Shown here: positions 20,601 to 29,777 of the stretch, piece by piece
How the letters are laid out: every line of letters starts with the position of its first letter
Position numbering within the stretch: the stretch's first letter is position 1
Source of the DNA: an uncultured virus (IMG/VR IMGVR_UViG_2061766007_000627)
Taxonomy: Duplodnaviria; Heunggongvirae; Uroviricota; Caudoviricetes
Virus record (IMG/VR): IMGVR_UViG_2061766007_000627
Strand: one strand, 5' to 3'
DNA length: 64,000 nt
Translations under genes and position numbers: made by a program
The notes under the pieces: model-generated
Seen by the model: the letters and a program-made list of their open reading frames with translations, nothing else
Databases searched by the model: none
What the model was told of the DNA's origin: nothing

Positions 20601-23578
20601 AAGTTTATTCATATACTGAATCCAGAAATGCACAAATAAGCCAAATCAATAACGACACATCAATTAACAACACAAAGATTGGCACTAATGAATCTATCTC
20701 TGCTCAAAAGTTAGATAGGTTTACATTAGAAGAATCAGATGGATATAGATTGATGTGGCATCTGAATACGCCTACTTATGACGGCTCACTTAAACAGTAC
20801 CAGTTATTCGGTTCGTATGACCCATCTAACCCTGAAAATTCTACGAATACGGATAATATTAACTCTTACACATTGAAGAGTGGTGAGTATCTATATTATA
20901 CTGACGCTTCATTATCTAATCTTGGTATACTTGGAGCAGGTACGACTATATATCGTGAGTGTGGTACATCTACTTATACTATGTCAGATATGGATATTCC
21001 TCCTATTGTATATGTTGAATGGACAGAAGCAAAATCACTCGGACAGTTTAGTGAGTTTGCCAATAATCCGAAAGATGCAGGGTTATTTGAACAAAGCGGA
21101 GGCACTTTTGTGCGTTCAGATGATGACGAAGCGTTTGTTCCAGGAAAATCATACTATGTACTCCTTATGAAGGATGTGTCGGGCTGGTATATCAAAAATG
21201 CAGATAATACATACACACGTACTTCTGCGCCTACAACAACCGTGTTTGACACGATTATTCCATCTAAAGATTATGCCTATACTGCTATTAACCCAAGTTC
21301 TATGGGTTGGTTTGAAAAGGTAACGGCAGGTGATGGTTCAGAAATACTTGATACATATTTAATGCCGACTAAATTATGTACTACAGATGATTATTCTGAC
21401 AGCGATTACAGGGGAGATATTGCTACACTTCCAAGATATACAAAAACTGCTGATGAAACAACCTTTACTCGTGAATTCATAAAAGATAACAGAAATATAT
21501 ATCTTATATTAGGTAATGCAAGCACGTATGGTAGTTTTTGGTCAGATGGTGTAAGTGCTTCTATTACAATTTCACCCGATAGTGATGAATATTTCCCATA
21601 TGCACATAATTGGGTACAAGTAGATGGCACAAGTGTGACACCTGCCAGCACTGCAGATTCGTTATTTATACAAGAAGAATACGACTACGAAGAGGATATA
21701 GACGCTGGAAGATACTTCAAGTTTAGTGCATCTGATAGCACCTATTATTCTAACGGGGCAGATGCAACACGTTCTTATTTTGAAACCACGAATGCACAGA
21801 TTACATCTTTGGTGACAGTGTGGAGCAATTACAATGATTCGGGTATAGCCACACCAGAAAATGTAGATGCCGCTTGGCATGAATTATATAGTGTTGATGC
21901 TGACCCATCAGAGTTCAGACTACAAAAACTTTCTTCGCAATCTGCTGGCGTAAATTGGGGCAGTGATACATTGATTGGAAAACTTGTTCCATTAGAGGTG
22001 GATGATGTTGCTAATACATCTGTAGATGTGTGGAACAGAATAAGTAATGATATTGTTTTTGGTATTGATGGCTCGAATGTTTTCCGCTGTTGCTTATCAG
22101 TTACTAGTGCAAATCATAATCTGCCTGTTGGTAAATATGTTTCAACTTATTCTGTGACTACCGTGTATGTGCAGAATACATCTACACCATTCCAAAGTAT
22201 CGTTGCATATAATTATTCTGATATAATGACAGGTCTAAACACATTTGTACGTGCGTTAAATGCTAAGTCAGATGCTGTTTGGAAAGTATCTGTCTATTAT
22301 CAACCTTTATGGTACACCTTTGATAATTGGTGGGCTTATCTTAATAAAGCATATTATGTTCCTAATCAATATGCTTCAAAAGCATTTAGAGCAATTGACC
22401 CACTTGTTTGTCCTGCGATTGATACATTAGATTTAACGAGCAACCCATTACAAGTAATGCGCAAGTTATTCCAGAGTGTTCAGACAAATACAGCATTAAC
22501 ATTTACACGTAATGAAGTTTGGACTATTTCGCAAGGCGATACAATTTACTTCCAGGCTCCAACGAGTACAATTGCTGAAACGATACTTCCGACATTTACA
22601 AATACAGAAGTCATATTAGATTTAGATAAGTATGATATTTCATATAAACGTGTTGGAGATGACGCTGTTACACTGGATAACATTACTATTGACGATTGTT
22701 TCTGGCAGGGTTATTCAAATCTGCAACTTAATACAAACAATGCAGACGGACAACATCTTTTAGAAAATCATACATTGACTGTGTATGGTGCTGAAACTGA
22801 AGATAATGTAATGCCAGAACCTATGTACAGCGTTGCAGGTACAGAAGATACGAATATACATTTCCAACTGCAGTACCCAGTTGTAAATAAAACAGGGTCA
22901 TTTATACAGGTAGATACGCATACGATGACAGAGGAAGAGATACTTAATATGCTTTATGTATACAATATTTCTTCCGATGGTGCAGACTACGCACATTCCG
23001 CTGAAAATCATAATACATATGTGTACATTAAGAAATCAGGTGCATCATTACAAAATGAGGGTACAGTCAGCATACCGAATATAGGTCTTGCTTCTGGTTC
23101 ATACCTTATACCTGTAAATGGTTTTGCAGATAAGAGAATTTGTTTATCTTATGAGGACAATCCTCTGCCGTCATATGTAGATGGGAAAACATATTTCCTC
23201 GGTGACAGACTGCATTTCGCATACCTTAACCTTGATGAAAATACAAACGGAACACTTGAAGTAACAGTTTTAGATAAAACAGGGTCAACGCTTACTAATA
23301 TAGATATATCAGAAGCAATAACTGTTGTATTAGGCGATATATTCAAGTTTAATCCTAATAACACATTTAATAACTGCTATGATGAACTGCGTCAAAAGAT
23401 TGCAGAATTAGATATTAATCAGCAGTATGATTATACACATGTACCAACAGACGATGACCTTATTCCAGACCCATTAGTGCCAAAATCGTTCTGGGATAAG
23501 AACCATGTGTATAATCCGTTTACGATTGCACAACTTAATGCTGATAACATTGCGCGTGACGCTCGGTTTATTACTTGA
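17693..23578 (+). CDS. Large baseplate wedge protein (gp6/gpJ-like) with inserted repeats
   Basis: YTNLDFSSI...W....ESDPGVVLV.L...D.MNY.ID N-terminus and TLITLRDY motif; 1961 aa. Confidence 0.8.
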   Translation: MAQDIVNENQSLSYTNLDFSSIYTEVLDMVKQLTKKWDPSISDESDPGVVLVKLSALLADKMNYNIDKNILEAFPLSVTQDSNARQLYEQLGYYMHWYNAATVPVTLSWKNTTVDENGDAIAYTIPKFTTITDEDETVVYSLVGTLGEDDVVVSDGILYTDSSRNLNMLAYEGIPVQYTFNDRTTITPNMVDNNNRLYLSTAYAFENGVFIKNVEQDNYAEWHRVNNLYEYSYDEHRYKFGYDSASNLCYLEFPDNYAELFGSGIELVYLTFATDESYSDVPTQFLSKFLATVTVGDNNEIVLSPDNVSISNTEPATGHAEKEDINDAYKNYKKTVGTFHTLITLRDYLNYITSQEVDVCSNAFVTDRTNDIQSTYKIISKHNGVDSLITEVENDESIARFVKTKDQDVMTGKDYFIWNAQLSSFSKVDTPQVVDLPSYYEFVGEDMMSPFSLKFYLLQKAIALTARGAYDNTFEMSHSDDLDIEALLGNTSHLVHNFEEIEPIGVGEYVASEDLEPADNTIYYFYNGEHERYEPVPVTSLDYQSFNPRAMSLYELDEYYLRSTDTQWYQGVDYYYYYNDTYTLIDPEDYDDHGASPAIAPNVYVKITEYSLTEDVNIDSSKTYYKKDPSTDTYVEAVLPEDTPSSSVNPSELGLYEQSKEPLLSHIVFLKNKYPITMSVSTYNTANKIVRDEILTNIITAFYNNLDSSNIDFGDAISLDYLTEIAKNSDTRIKNVAFDALTYTTFAIYWDEHQQSFVEIELPSSSTNVGLSNIVAYPTYDNVTAYLFSKEIICKSILAGVTQLIVPDNTFAYHLNQKYIAQVENIKYITGEATIDMNMQEPHYLISEDSPALMKSYVLQENETISLFRPSISDVETYTSGIHYEYLVHSNIRGGQSKQLGINEWFIFYISNIDSDGILQSFNVYVYGQGAIIRPTFDIEARGSLTTYGSIAVGMASSEGAISETSVDTKVYSYTESRNAQISQINNDTSINNTKIGTNESISAQKLDRFTLEESDGYRLMWHLNTPTYDGSLKQYQLFGSYDPSNPENSTNTDNINSYTLKSGEYLYYTDASLSNLGILGAGTTIYRECGTSTYTMSDMDIPPIVYVEWTEAKSLGQFSEFANNPKDAGLFEQSGGTFVRSDDDEAFVPGKSYYVLLMKDVSGWYIKNADNTYTRTSAPTTTVFDTIIPSKDYAYTAINPSSMGWFEKVTAGDGSEILDTYLMPTKLCTTDDYSDSDYRGDIATLPRYTKTADETTFTREFIKDNRNIYLILGNASTYGSFWSDGVSASITISPDSDEYFPYAHNWVQVDGTSVTPASTADSLFIQEEYDYEEDIDAGRYFKFSASDSTYYSNGADATRSYFETTNAQITSLVTVWSNYNDSGIATPENVDAAWHELYSVDADPSEFRLQKLSSQSAGVNWGSDTLIGKLVPLEVDDVANTSVDVWNRISNDIVFGIDGSNVFRCCLSVTSANHNLPVGKYVSTYSVTTVYVQNTSTPFQSIVAYNYSDIMTGLNTFVRALNAKSDAVWKVSVYYQPLWYTFDNWWAYLNKAYYVPNQYASKAFRAIDPLVCPAIDTLDLTSNPLQVMRKLFQSVQTNTALTFTRNEVWTISQGDTIYFQAPTSTIAETILPTFTNTEVILDLDKYDISYKRVGDDAVTLDNITIDDCFWQGYSNLQLNTNNADGQHLLENHTLTVYGAETEDNVMPEPMYSVAGTEDTNIHFQLQYPVVNKTGSFIQVDTHTMTEEEILNMLYVYNISSDGADYAHSAENHNTYVYIKKSGASLQNEGTVSIPNIGLASGSYLIPVNGFADKRICLSYEDNPLPSYVDGKTYFLGDRLHFAYLNLDENTNGTLEVTVLDKTGSTLTNIDISEAITVVLGDIFKFNPNNTFNNCYDELRQKIAELDINQQYDYTHVPTDDDLIPDPLVPKSFWDKNHVYNPFTIAQLNADNIARDARFIT

Positions 23579-23588
23579 TGAGGGGTAG

Positions 23589-24056
23589 ATGATGATAAAG
23601 TTTAATAAAGAACCAAAATTAAATGACAAAGAAAAAAAATATGTAATAAAACGTTTGAAGCCACTTCTTAAACAAAATAAAACAATGGAAGTCAGGGACA
23701 TGTTATTCGAGGATAGTAATCATATCCTTAGTGATGATGAGTATGATAGTATTGCATATTTTTTATTATATCATTTGCAGGATGATTATTTTAGAGATAG
23801 TGATGAAATATTTTGGAATGAGTTTATGAATATGCAAGGAATACTTAGCATATCTATACCTAATTGGATAACAAGGATAGATGGGAGTGCTTTTTCTGGG
23901 TGTGAAAACTTGAAAGATGTAACAATTCCTAATAGTGTGACAAAGATAGATATGGAAGCATTCCATGAAACTGCCCTAAAACGTGTAGTTATTCCAAAAG
24001 GTTGTGATGTATCTTATGATGCTTTTGATGAAGGTGTCGAGATAATAATAAAATAA
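23589..24056 (+). CDS. BspA-type leucine-rich-repeat (LRR_5) protein
   Basis: ISIPNWITRIDGSAFSGCENLKDVTIPNSVTKIDMEAF...LKRVVIP. Confidence 0.8.
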   Translation: MMIKFNKEPKLNDKEKKYVIKRLKPLLKQNKTMEVRDMLFEDSNHILSDDEYDSIAYFLLYHLQDDYFRDSDEIFWNEFMNMQGILSISIPNWITRIDGSAFSGCENLKDVTIPNSVTKIDMEAFHETALKRVVIPKGCDVSYDAFDEGVEIIIK

Positions 24057-24072
24057 GATATTGGAGTAATAT

Positions 24073-24810
24073 ATGATTAGATGTCAAGAATTAGTACCTG
24101 ATTACTATATAGAGCAGTCAAGAGATTTTCAAGTTTTGTGCAGGCTGACCGATTATACTTTTAACGCTTTGAAGTATAATATGGATACGATGACTTCCAT
24201 TACTAATACGGAACTTGTGAAAAATACGATTCTTCCATTAGTAGGAGATAAGTTTGGTATTTATGATAAGCAGTCATATTCAAATAGGGAACTTCTTACT
24301 GCTCTTCCAAGTGCAGTACATTACAAAGGTTCATTGAAAAGTATTTTAATCTTACTTAACGCATATCTTGATTCAATGAATATCTTTGATTATGCAGTAG
24401 CTTATCATGCTACCGATGAGAAGTCGGCGCAAGAAATATCTACTTTACTTGCAAGAGAGATAAAACCATATACGATTGTAATTGTTTTATCTACTGCACC
24501 TTCGCTCGTAGATTTACATGTGTTAGATGAGTATTTGCGAATGGTTGTGCCATGCGGAATGCTTATTGAGTATGCTTTTGGTGTATCATCTTCGTTCCTC
24601 GATAAATTCAAATATAATGAACACGTATTCTTATTCTACATCAAAGATAATTCAGCAAGCATACTTGCTACAAGACCTGGACAATACAAGTTGGGCGATT
24701 ACATAATTACAGAAGACACACCGCAGTTTATTAAGAGAGTTGTATCAAATATTGATTTACCAACAGTTGGTACTGCAACTGTTACCACAGCACCTGAAGG
24801 AGGAGAATAA
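24073..24810 (+). CDS. Baseplate wedge / tail protein (P2 gpI-like)
   Basis: LVPDYY...SRDF, LPLVGDKFG, YKGS..SI, and VPCG motifs; follows the J-like gene. Confidence 0.65.
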   Translation: MIRCQELVPDYYIEQSRDFQVLCRLTDYTFNALKYNMDTMTSITNTELVKNTILPLVGDKFGIYDKQSYSNRELLTALPSAVHYKGSLKSILILLNAYLDSMNIFDYAVAYHATDEKSAQEISTLLAREIKPYTIVIVLSTAPSLVDLHVLDEYLRMVVPCGMLIEYAFGVSSSFLDKFKYNEHVFLFYIKDNSASILATRPGQYKLGDYIITEDTPQFIKRVVSNIDLPTVGTATVTTAPEGGE

Positions 24811-25397
24811 TGCCAAAAGAAACTACACGCTATCGTGGCAAAGTAGATATTGCGATTAAAAAGGGGAAGAAAACGGTTAAAAAATCTACGCACAATGCAG
24901 GACTTCCCGATATGGCATATTTATTTTCCAAAGCAATTACTGGTACTATGGACTACACAACAGACATACCCAGATTATTAGATATTGGCTATGTTGTTCC
25001 TTCAACCGAATCTCCTATAAATGTAGGAGATTCGGGTGTGTGGATGTCCATACTTAACAACCCTGTTACCATTAGCGGCAGACAGTATAAATTTGATACC
25101 GACTTAAAAAATTGGGTAGGCATACTCACAACTACGATTTATGCTGATGATTTGAATGTTGCATTACTGCCCAGCGTGCTTGCAAATGTAAGTAGTGGTA
25201 ATTATGAACTGCAAGTGCGTATGTGTTCATACAGTAAAAAGAACAGAAAGTATTTTGCCGATATTTCTGTAGATGAAAATTTTATATCAAGTTTAAGAGA
25301 TTCTACCTCGGCAATAATCACTTGGTATGCAGAATTGTTATATAATGAACCAGATACTTCGTCTACTGTTTCTGGAACAGTAGCGGAAAATGAATAG
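24810..25397 (+). CDS. Hypothetical baseplate/tail protein
   Basis: TAATG-coupled ORF with AGGAG RBS in the structural operon. Confidence 0.55.
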   Translation: MPKETTRYRGKVDIAIKKGKKTVKKSTHNAGLPDMAYLFSKAITGTMDYTTDIPRLLDIGYVVPSTESPINVGDSGVWMSILNNPVTISGRQYKFDTDLKNWVGILTTTIYADDLNVALLPSVLANVSSGNYELQVRMCSYSKKNRKYFADISVDENFISSLRDSTSAIITWYAELLYNEPDTSSTVSGTVAENE

Positions 25398-25406
25398 GAG
25401 GAATAG

Positions 25407-26221
25407 ATGGCTAATAGCACAGCATTCCATATTCAGCCGAATATGGTTTTTCCGTCAACAAAGATGGAAGCAGTTAATAAACTCNNNNNNNNNNNNNNNN
25501 NNNNNNAATCAATAAACTTATTGATTCAAACTCATACATTATTCCGATGAGTACACTTAATTTTTCTGCTGTAAATAATTCGTTGCCCAATGAAACTCTC
25601 GTTGTTGTTCCCGCTAATTCAGCGACAGAGCATTTAGAATTTATAATAGACGGATATTATTTTGATTTAGGCGAGCTGTCTTCCGTTATGAGTACAACTG
25701 AATGGCAACAAGCAACTGCCCCAGTTAAACTCACGGCACAGATACTTATAGACACTACGGTAGAAAATTATCCTGAATTATTCGGAGAAACAGACACAGT
25801 GCATACAGAAACGGTTTCTGGTTCAATTAATTTTGGAACAACTGCAATTCCTTCTAACCGTAGACCCGATGCTATGAATATGTCGATATATAAAATCACA
25901 TCTGTTGGAAGTGATGCCGTTACATATGAGTTATCTTACGATTCTACAAGTTATCTGTTACTCAATGATGGTGTTCCAGAGGGTATCACTTTTACTAGTG
26001 GTTACACTGTCGAGTACCGAAACTACGCAAACATTATAAACTTATATATTTTAGATGTTGATGGAGAAGCACCCGCACCAGAACCAAGCGGTGTAGAAAG
26101 TTATTCCGTGTACAATTTAGATTTGTTATATAAATTATCTGATGGTGCATATTTTCCAATGAGCAGTTTTGTGAAGTTTGCTTCCCCATCAATACGTTCA
26201 ATAGACGGTGGAATAATTTAG
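25407..26221 (+). CDS. Hypothetical structural protein (spans an N-gap; true start probably 25407)
   Basis: GGAGG RBS then ATG at 25407 (MANSTAFHIQP...). The frame is open up to the gap at 25484-25506 and continues into ORF 25547..26221. Confidence 0.55.
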
Positions 26222-26229
26222 TGTATTGC

Positions 26230-26256
26230 AAAAAGAGGGCAAAATGCCCTCTTTTT
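26230..26256. terminator. Intrinsic terminator (bidirectional form) closing the tail module
   Basis: AAAAAGAGGGCA-AAA-TGCCCTCTTTTT, a perfect 12-bp inverted repeat. Confidence 0.85.
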
Positions 26257-26259
26257 ATA

Positions 26260-26290
26260 TTTACATGATATGATTTTGTGTTAATATAAT
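26260..26290 (+). promoter_or_regulatory. SigmaA-type promoter
   Basis: TTTACA-N16-TAATAT with TG extension; TATAAT overlaps at 26285. Heads the replication block. Confidence 0.6.
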
Positions 26291-26305
26291 ATCATAAAGG
26301 AGATA

Positions 26306-26602
26306 GTGTGTATGGAAACAATTATTACTTGCCCCAACTGTGGGGCAGAATACTTACCTGCTGAAATATACTATCCAGATGATTTTTTCGGCAGACCTAT
26401 GAATATTGAAAAAGATTTTCGTGGAAAGATTCAGTTCTACAAAGGAAAAAGTCTAACGACAAATGAATCTTATACTTGTGACTATTGTAAGCGTAAAATT
26501 CATGTGACGGCAGATGTTGTGTTCAATACAGAGATACAACCTTTTGCACCACAGCATGTCACAAAGTTTAAAAAGCCTGGATTGTTTATGGACGAGAATT
26601 AA
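26306..26602 (+). CDS. Small zinc-ribbon protein
   Basis: CPNC...CDYC; AAGGAG RBS. Confidence 0.65.
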   Translation: MCMETIITCPNCGAEYLPAEIYYPDDFFGRPMNIEKDFRGKIQFYKGKSLTTNESYTCDYCKRKIHVTADVVFNTEIQPFAPQHVTKFKKPGLFMDEN

Positions 26603-26616
26603 AGGATGTGAATTGA

Positions 26617-28290
26617 TTGATAACCTGTACCGAGATTACTCCGATAAAACTGTCTGGATTATCTTCTTTTAAAGTTGAGTTTGATTATCGGGCAGAGATT
26701 GTTGATGTACTTAAACAAGTACCGAGTGCCATTTATCATAAAAATTTAAAGTGCTGGGAAATCCCTATAACGAGTTTAGCGAGAGCTGTAGAGTTGTTAC
26801 ATAATTATGACTCTATCACGCTAAACTTTTTATCTAGCACGATAGAAGATAAACAGGTCGAATACGCACTCTCTGATTATAAAACGAAACCATATCATTA
26901 TCAAATCGAGGGCATTCAATACGGGTTGAATCACCCAAAATTTCTATTGCTTGATGCTCCCGGACTTGGCAAATCATTACAAATGATTTATCTTGCACAG
27001 GAACTCAAACAACGTAAAGGTATACGGCACTGTCTTGTTATCTGCGGTATTAACACACTTAAATATAATTGGAAGAAAGAGATTGAAACACACTCTGATT
27101 TATCTTGTAGGATACTCGGACAAAAGTTCAATAAAAAAGGTGAGTTAAAAATCGGGTCCGTGCAGGACAGACTTAATGATTTAAAGTCACCGATAGATGA
27201 GTTCTTTGTTATCACAAACATCGAAACTCTGCGAAACGAACAAATTATAAAAGAGTTAACAAAGGGCAAATCAAATAAGTTTGATATGATAGTTGTAGAT
27301 GAAATGCACACATGCAAATCTCCGACTTCACAGCAGGGAAAAAATCTACTTAAGTTATCAGCAGATTATATGGTGGGACTTACAGGTACATTGCTACTCA
27401 ACAACCCACTTGACGCATTTGTTCCTTTGAAATGGATAGGTGTAGATAAATCAACATATACTAATTTTAAGTTTTATTATTGCAACTATGCCGGGTTGTT
27501 CAACAATATTCTGACGGGTTACAAAAATCTTGATGTGCTTAAAGATGAATTGTCAAGCTGCACTTTACGCCGTAGTAAAGAACTACTTGACTTACCACCT
27601 AAAAATATAATACATGAATATGTAGAACTTGACGGAAAACAAGGGACTCTTTACTCAAATATTGTAGAGGGCATAACAGAAGAAGTTGATAAAGTAGAAC
27701 TTAACACTTCAACTATACTTTCTATGGTTACGAGATTAAGACAGGCTACGGCTTGTCCGAGTGCTCTGACTTCTGAAGATATAGAATCAGCAAAGGTGAA
27801 CAGAGCAATAGATTTAGCAAAACAGATAATAGAGGGTGGAGATAAAGTAGTCATCTTTTCTGTCTTTAAGGAAACGCTAAATAATATAATGAAGGAACTT
27901 GATGAATATCGCCCATTACTCTGCACAGGTGACACCACCGATGACACCATCGCAAAGAACATTGAAGCGTTCCAGAATACCGATACTAATAAGGTTATTT
28001 GTGCAACAACAGCAAAGATGGGAACGGGTATTACTCTTACAAGAGCCTCTTATGCAATCTTTATAGATGCACCCTGGACAGCCGCACAATGTACACAATG
28101 TGAAGATAGAATATATAGAATAGGAAGTAAAAGTCCTGTATTCATATATTACTTGTGGGCAAAGGACACAATTGATGAAAGGGTAAAAGAGATAGTAGAA
28201 GATAAAGAAGCGATTGCAGATTTCATTATTGATAACAAGATGTCGAAGAAATCTATGGAGAGTTTGAAAAAATATATACTTGACTTGTGA
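26617..28290 (+). CDS. SNF2-family helicase with N-terminal HARP-like domain
   Basis: PGLGKS, DEMH, LTGT, GTGITLT.A, Q.EDRIYRIG; N-terminal F.Y...IVD.LKQVP...Y......WEIP. Confidence 0.85.
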   Translation: MITCTEITPIKLSGLSSFKVEFDYRAEIVDVLKQVPSAIYHKNLKCWEIPITSLARAVELLHNYDSITLNFLSSTIEDKQVEYALSDYKTKPYHYQIEGIQYGLNHPKFLLLDAPGLGKSLQMIYLAQELKQRKGIRHCLVICGINTLKYNWKKEIETHSDLSCRILGQKFNKKGELKIGSVQDRLNDLKSPIDEFFVITNIETLRNEQIIKELTKGKSNKFDMIVVDEMHTCKSPTSQQGKNLLKLSADYMVGLTGTLLLNNPLDAFVPLKWIGVDKSTYTNFKFYYCNYAGLFNNILTGYKNLDVLKDELSSCTLRRSKELLDLPPKNIIHEYVELDGKQGTLYSNIVEGITEEVDKVELNTSTILSMVTRLRQATACPSALTSEDIESAKVNRAIDLAKQIIEGGDKVVIFSVFKETLNNIMKELDEYRPLLCTGDTTDDTIAKNIEAFQNTDTNKVICATTAKMGTGITLTRASYAIFIDAPWTAAQCTQCEDRIYRIGSKSPVFIYYLWAKDTIDERVKEIVEDKEAIADFIIDNKMSKKSMESLKKYILDL

Positions 28291-28298
28291 TTTATGTC

Positions 28299-28327
28299 TT
28301 TACATTTTGTACGCAACTTGTTACAAT
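28299..28327 (+). promoter_or_regulatory. SigmaA-type promoter, extended -10
   Basis: TTTACA-N17-TACAAT with TG at 28319. Confidence 0.75.
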
Positions 28328-28358
28328 GATACTGTGAAAATGATACTTATGGAGGTTT

Positions 28359-29072
28359 GTGGGTATGTTAGTTGATGTTTTAAGTTTACGAAACTATCAG
28401 TCTTATAATGTTTTGCTGGCGCAGAAAATCGGACTTAATGCGTCTATCTATCTTTCAGTTTTACTCGACCTTTATCAGAAAGCATCAGAAACAGAAACTA
28501 TTGTTGCAGATGATTACTTTTGGGTAGACCGAGAGTATGTTAAATTACGCACAACATTCACAGTAGAAGAGCAGTTGAAGTTAGAGGAAACTCTTATTTC
28601 AATGGGATTTGTATTCTTATCTGATGATAAAAAGTATGTACGGCTTGAACTCAATACGATAACGGGAATAGCAACTACGCTTAATGAAGATGTGATTGCC
28701 TGCTTCGATACAGTTAGAAAACAAAGTAGCAGAGTAGATAAAAAGCGTGGGCAGTTGATTGCCGTAGGAAGATTGATTAGAGCAGACTATCCAGGAAATT
28801 TGAAAGAAGCCTTGCGGGAGTGGCTTAAAACCATATCCGACAAATACGGATATGTGAACAAACAGATGTTAGAAAAGGCACAAGAGAAATTAGACCCCAT
28901 TGTGTTCTCTGATTTAACTCGTGCATTAGATATAGTACAGATAGCAACAGTACAGGCATATCGAGATATGACTTGGGCATTGACAAGATATGATGAGTTG
29001 CATAAAAATGATACAGTAAAAACAAATGTGCAGATAACAAACACACAATCTTTGAGCAACGATTACTTTTAA
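28359..29072 (+). CDS. Putative replication initiator (winged-helix)
   Basis: YN..LAQKIGLNASIYLS.L N-terminus typical of phage replisome organisers; directly upstream of DnaC- and DnaB-like genes. Confidence 0.55.
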   Translation: MGMLVDVLSLRNYQSYNVLLAQKIGLNASIYLSVLLDLYQKASETETIVADDYFWVDREYVKLRTTFTVEEQLKLEETLISMGFVFLSDDKKYVRLELNTITGIATTLNEDVIACFDTVRKQSSRVDKKRGQLIAVGRLIRADYPGNLKEALREWLKTISDKYGYVNKQMLEKAQEKLDPIVFSDLTRALDIVQIATVQAYRDMTWALTRYDELHKNDTVKTNVQITNTQSLSNDYF

Positions 29073-29075
29073 GAA

Positions 29076-29777
29076 ATGGAAAAGAAACTTATTACAAATG
29101 CAGAGTGCTATGTGCAGGAGGGGTGCAAGAAGTTTAGACAGAATACTTGCAACGAACTTTTCTGCATACGGCTGTACAAGTTAGATGAATTGTATAATCA
29201 ATCTCTGCTTTCGCAAGACCAGAGAAAACCTATTCGGCTTCGTCTTGATGAAGATAGAATAGACGAAGTGCCGTTTGTGCAATTAAGGGAATATCAGCAA
29301 GATATTCTTGACTTTGTTGCACAAGGAAAAAATCTGTATATTTACTCGGCTAATACTGGCAACGGCAAAACAAGTTGGGCAATTAAACTTATTCAAGCAT
29401 ACATATCAAAGATATGGGCTTCTTCTGATTTGACTTGCCGTGCCTTGTTCATTAGTGTTCCAAAGTTTATGCGAGAACTCAAACTCAACATAGACCGAAA
29501 GAGCGACTACATACAACATATCAATAATAATGCTATTGACGCTGATTTGGTTATATGGGATGATATTGCTACTAAATCAGCGAGTGAATATGAACATGAA
29601 CAAATGATTTCGATTATAGATTCAAGAATTGATAATAAGAAAAGTAACATCTTTACCTCTAATATTGCCCCGTTAGATTTGACTGATTACCTTGGTGCAA
29701 GACTTACAAGCCGAATTATAGGTATGTCAACATCTATTTGTTTCAACGGAGCAGATAAGAGGGGGTGGGTCGAGTGA
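29076..29777 (+). CDS. DnaC/IstB-like helicase loader ATPase
   Basis: TGNGKTS, DLVIWDDI, IDSR...KSNIFTSN, RLTSRI. Confidence 0.85.
   Translation: MEKKLITNAECYVQEGCKKFRQNTCNELFCIRLYKLDELYNQSLLSQDQRKPIRLRLDEDRIDEVPFVQLREYQQDILDFVAQGKNLYIYSANTGNGKTSWAIKLIQAYISKIWASSDLTCRALFISVPKFMRELKLNIDRKSDYIQHINNNAIDADLVIWDDIATKSASEYEHEQMISIIDSRIDNKKSNIFTSNIAPLDLTDYLGARLTSRIIGMSTSICFNGADKRGWVE

Noticed and set aside
28359..29072. Iteron-type origin within the initiator gene
   Set aside because: No direct-repeat array was found by eye.
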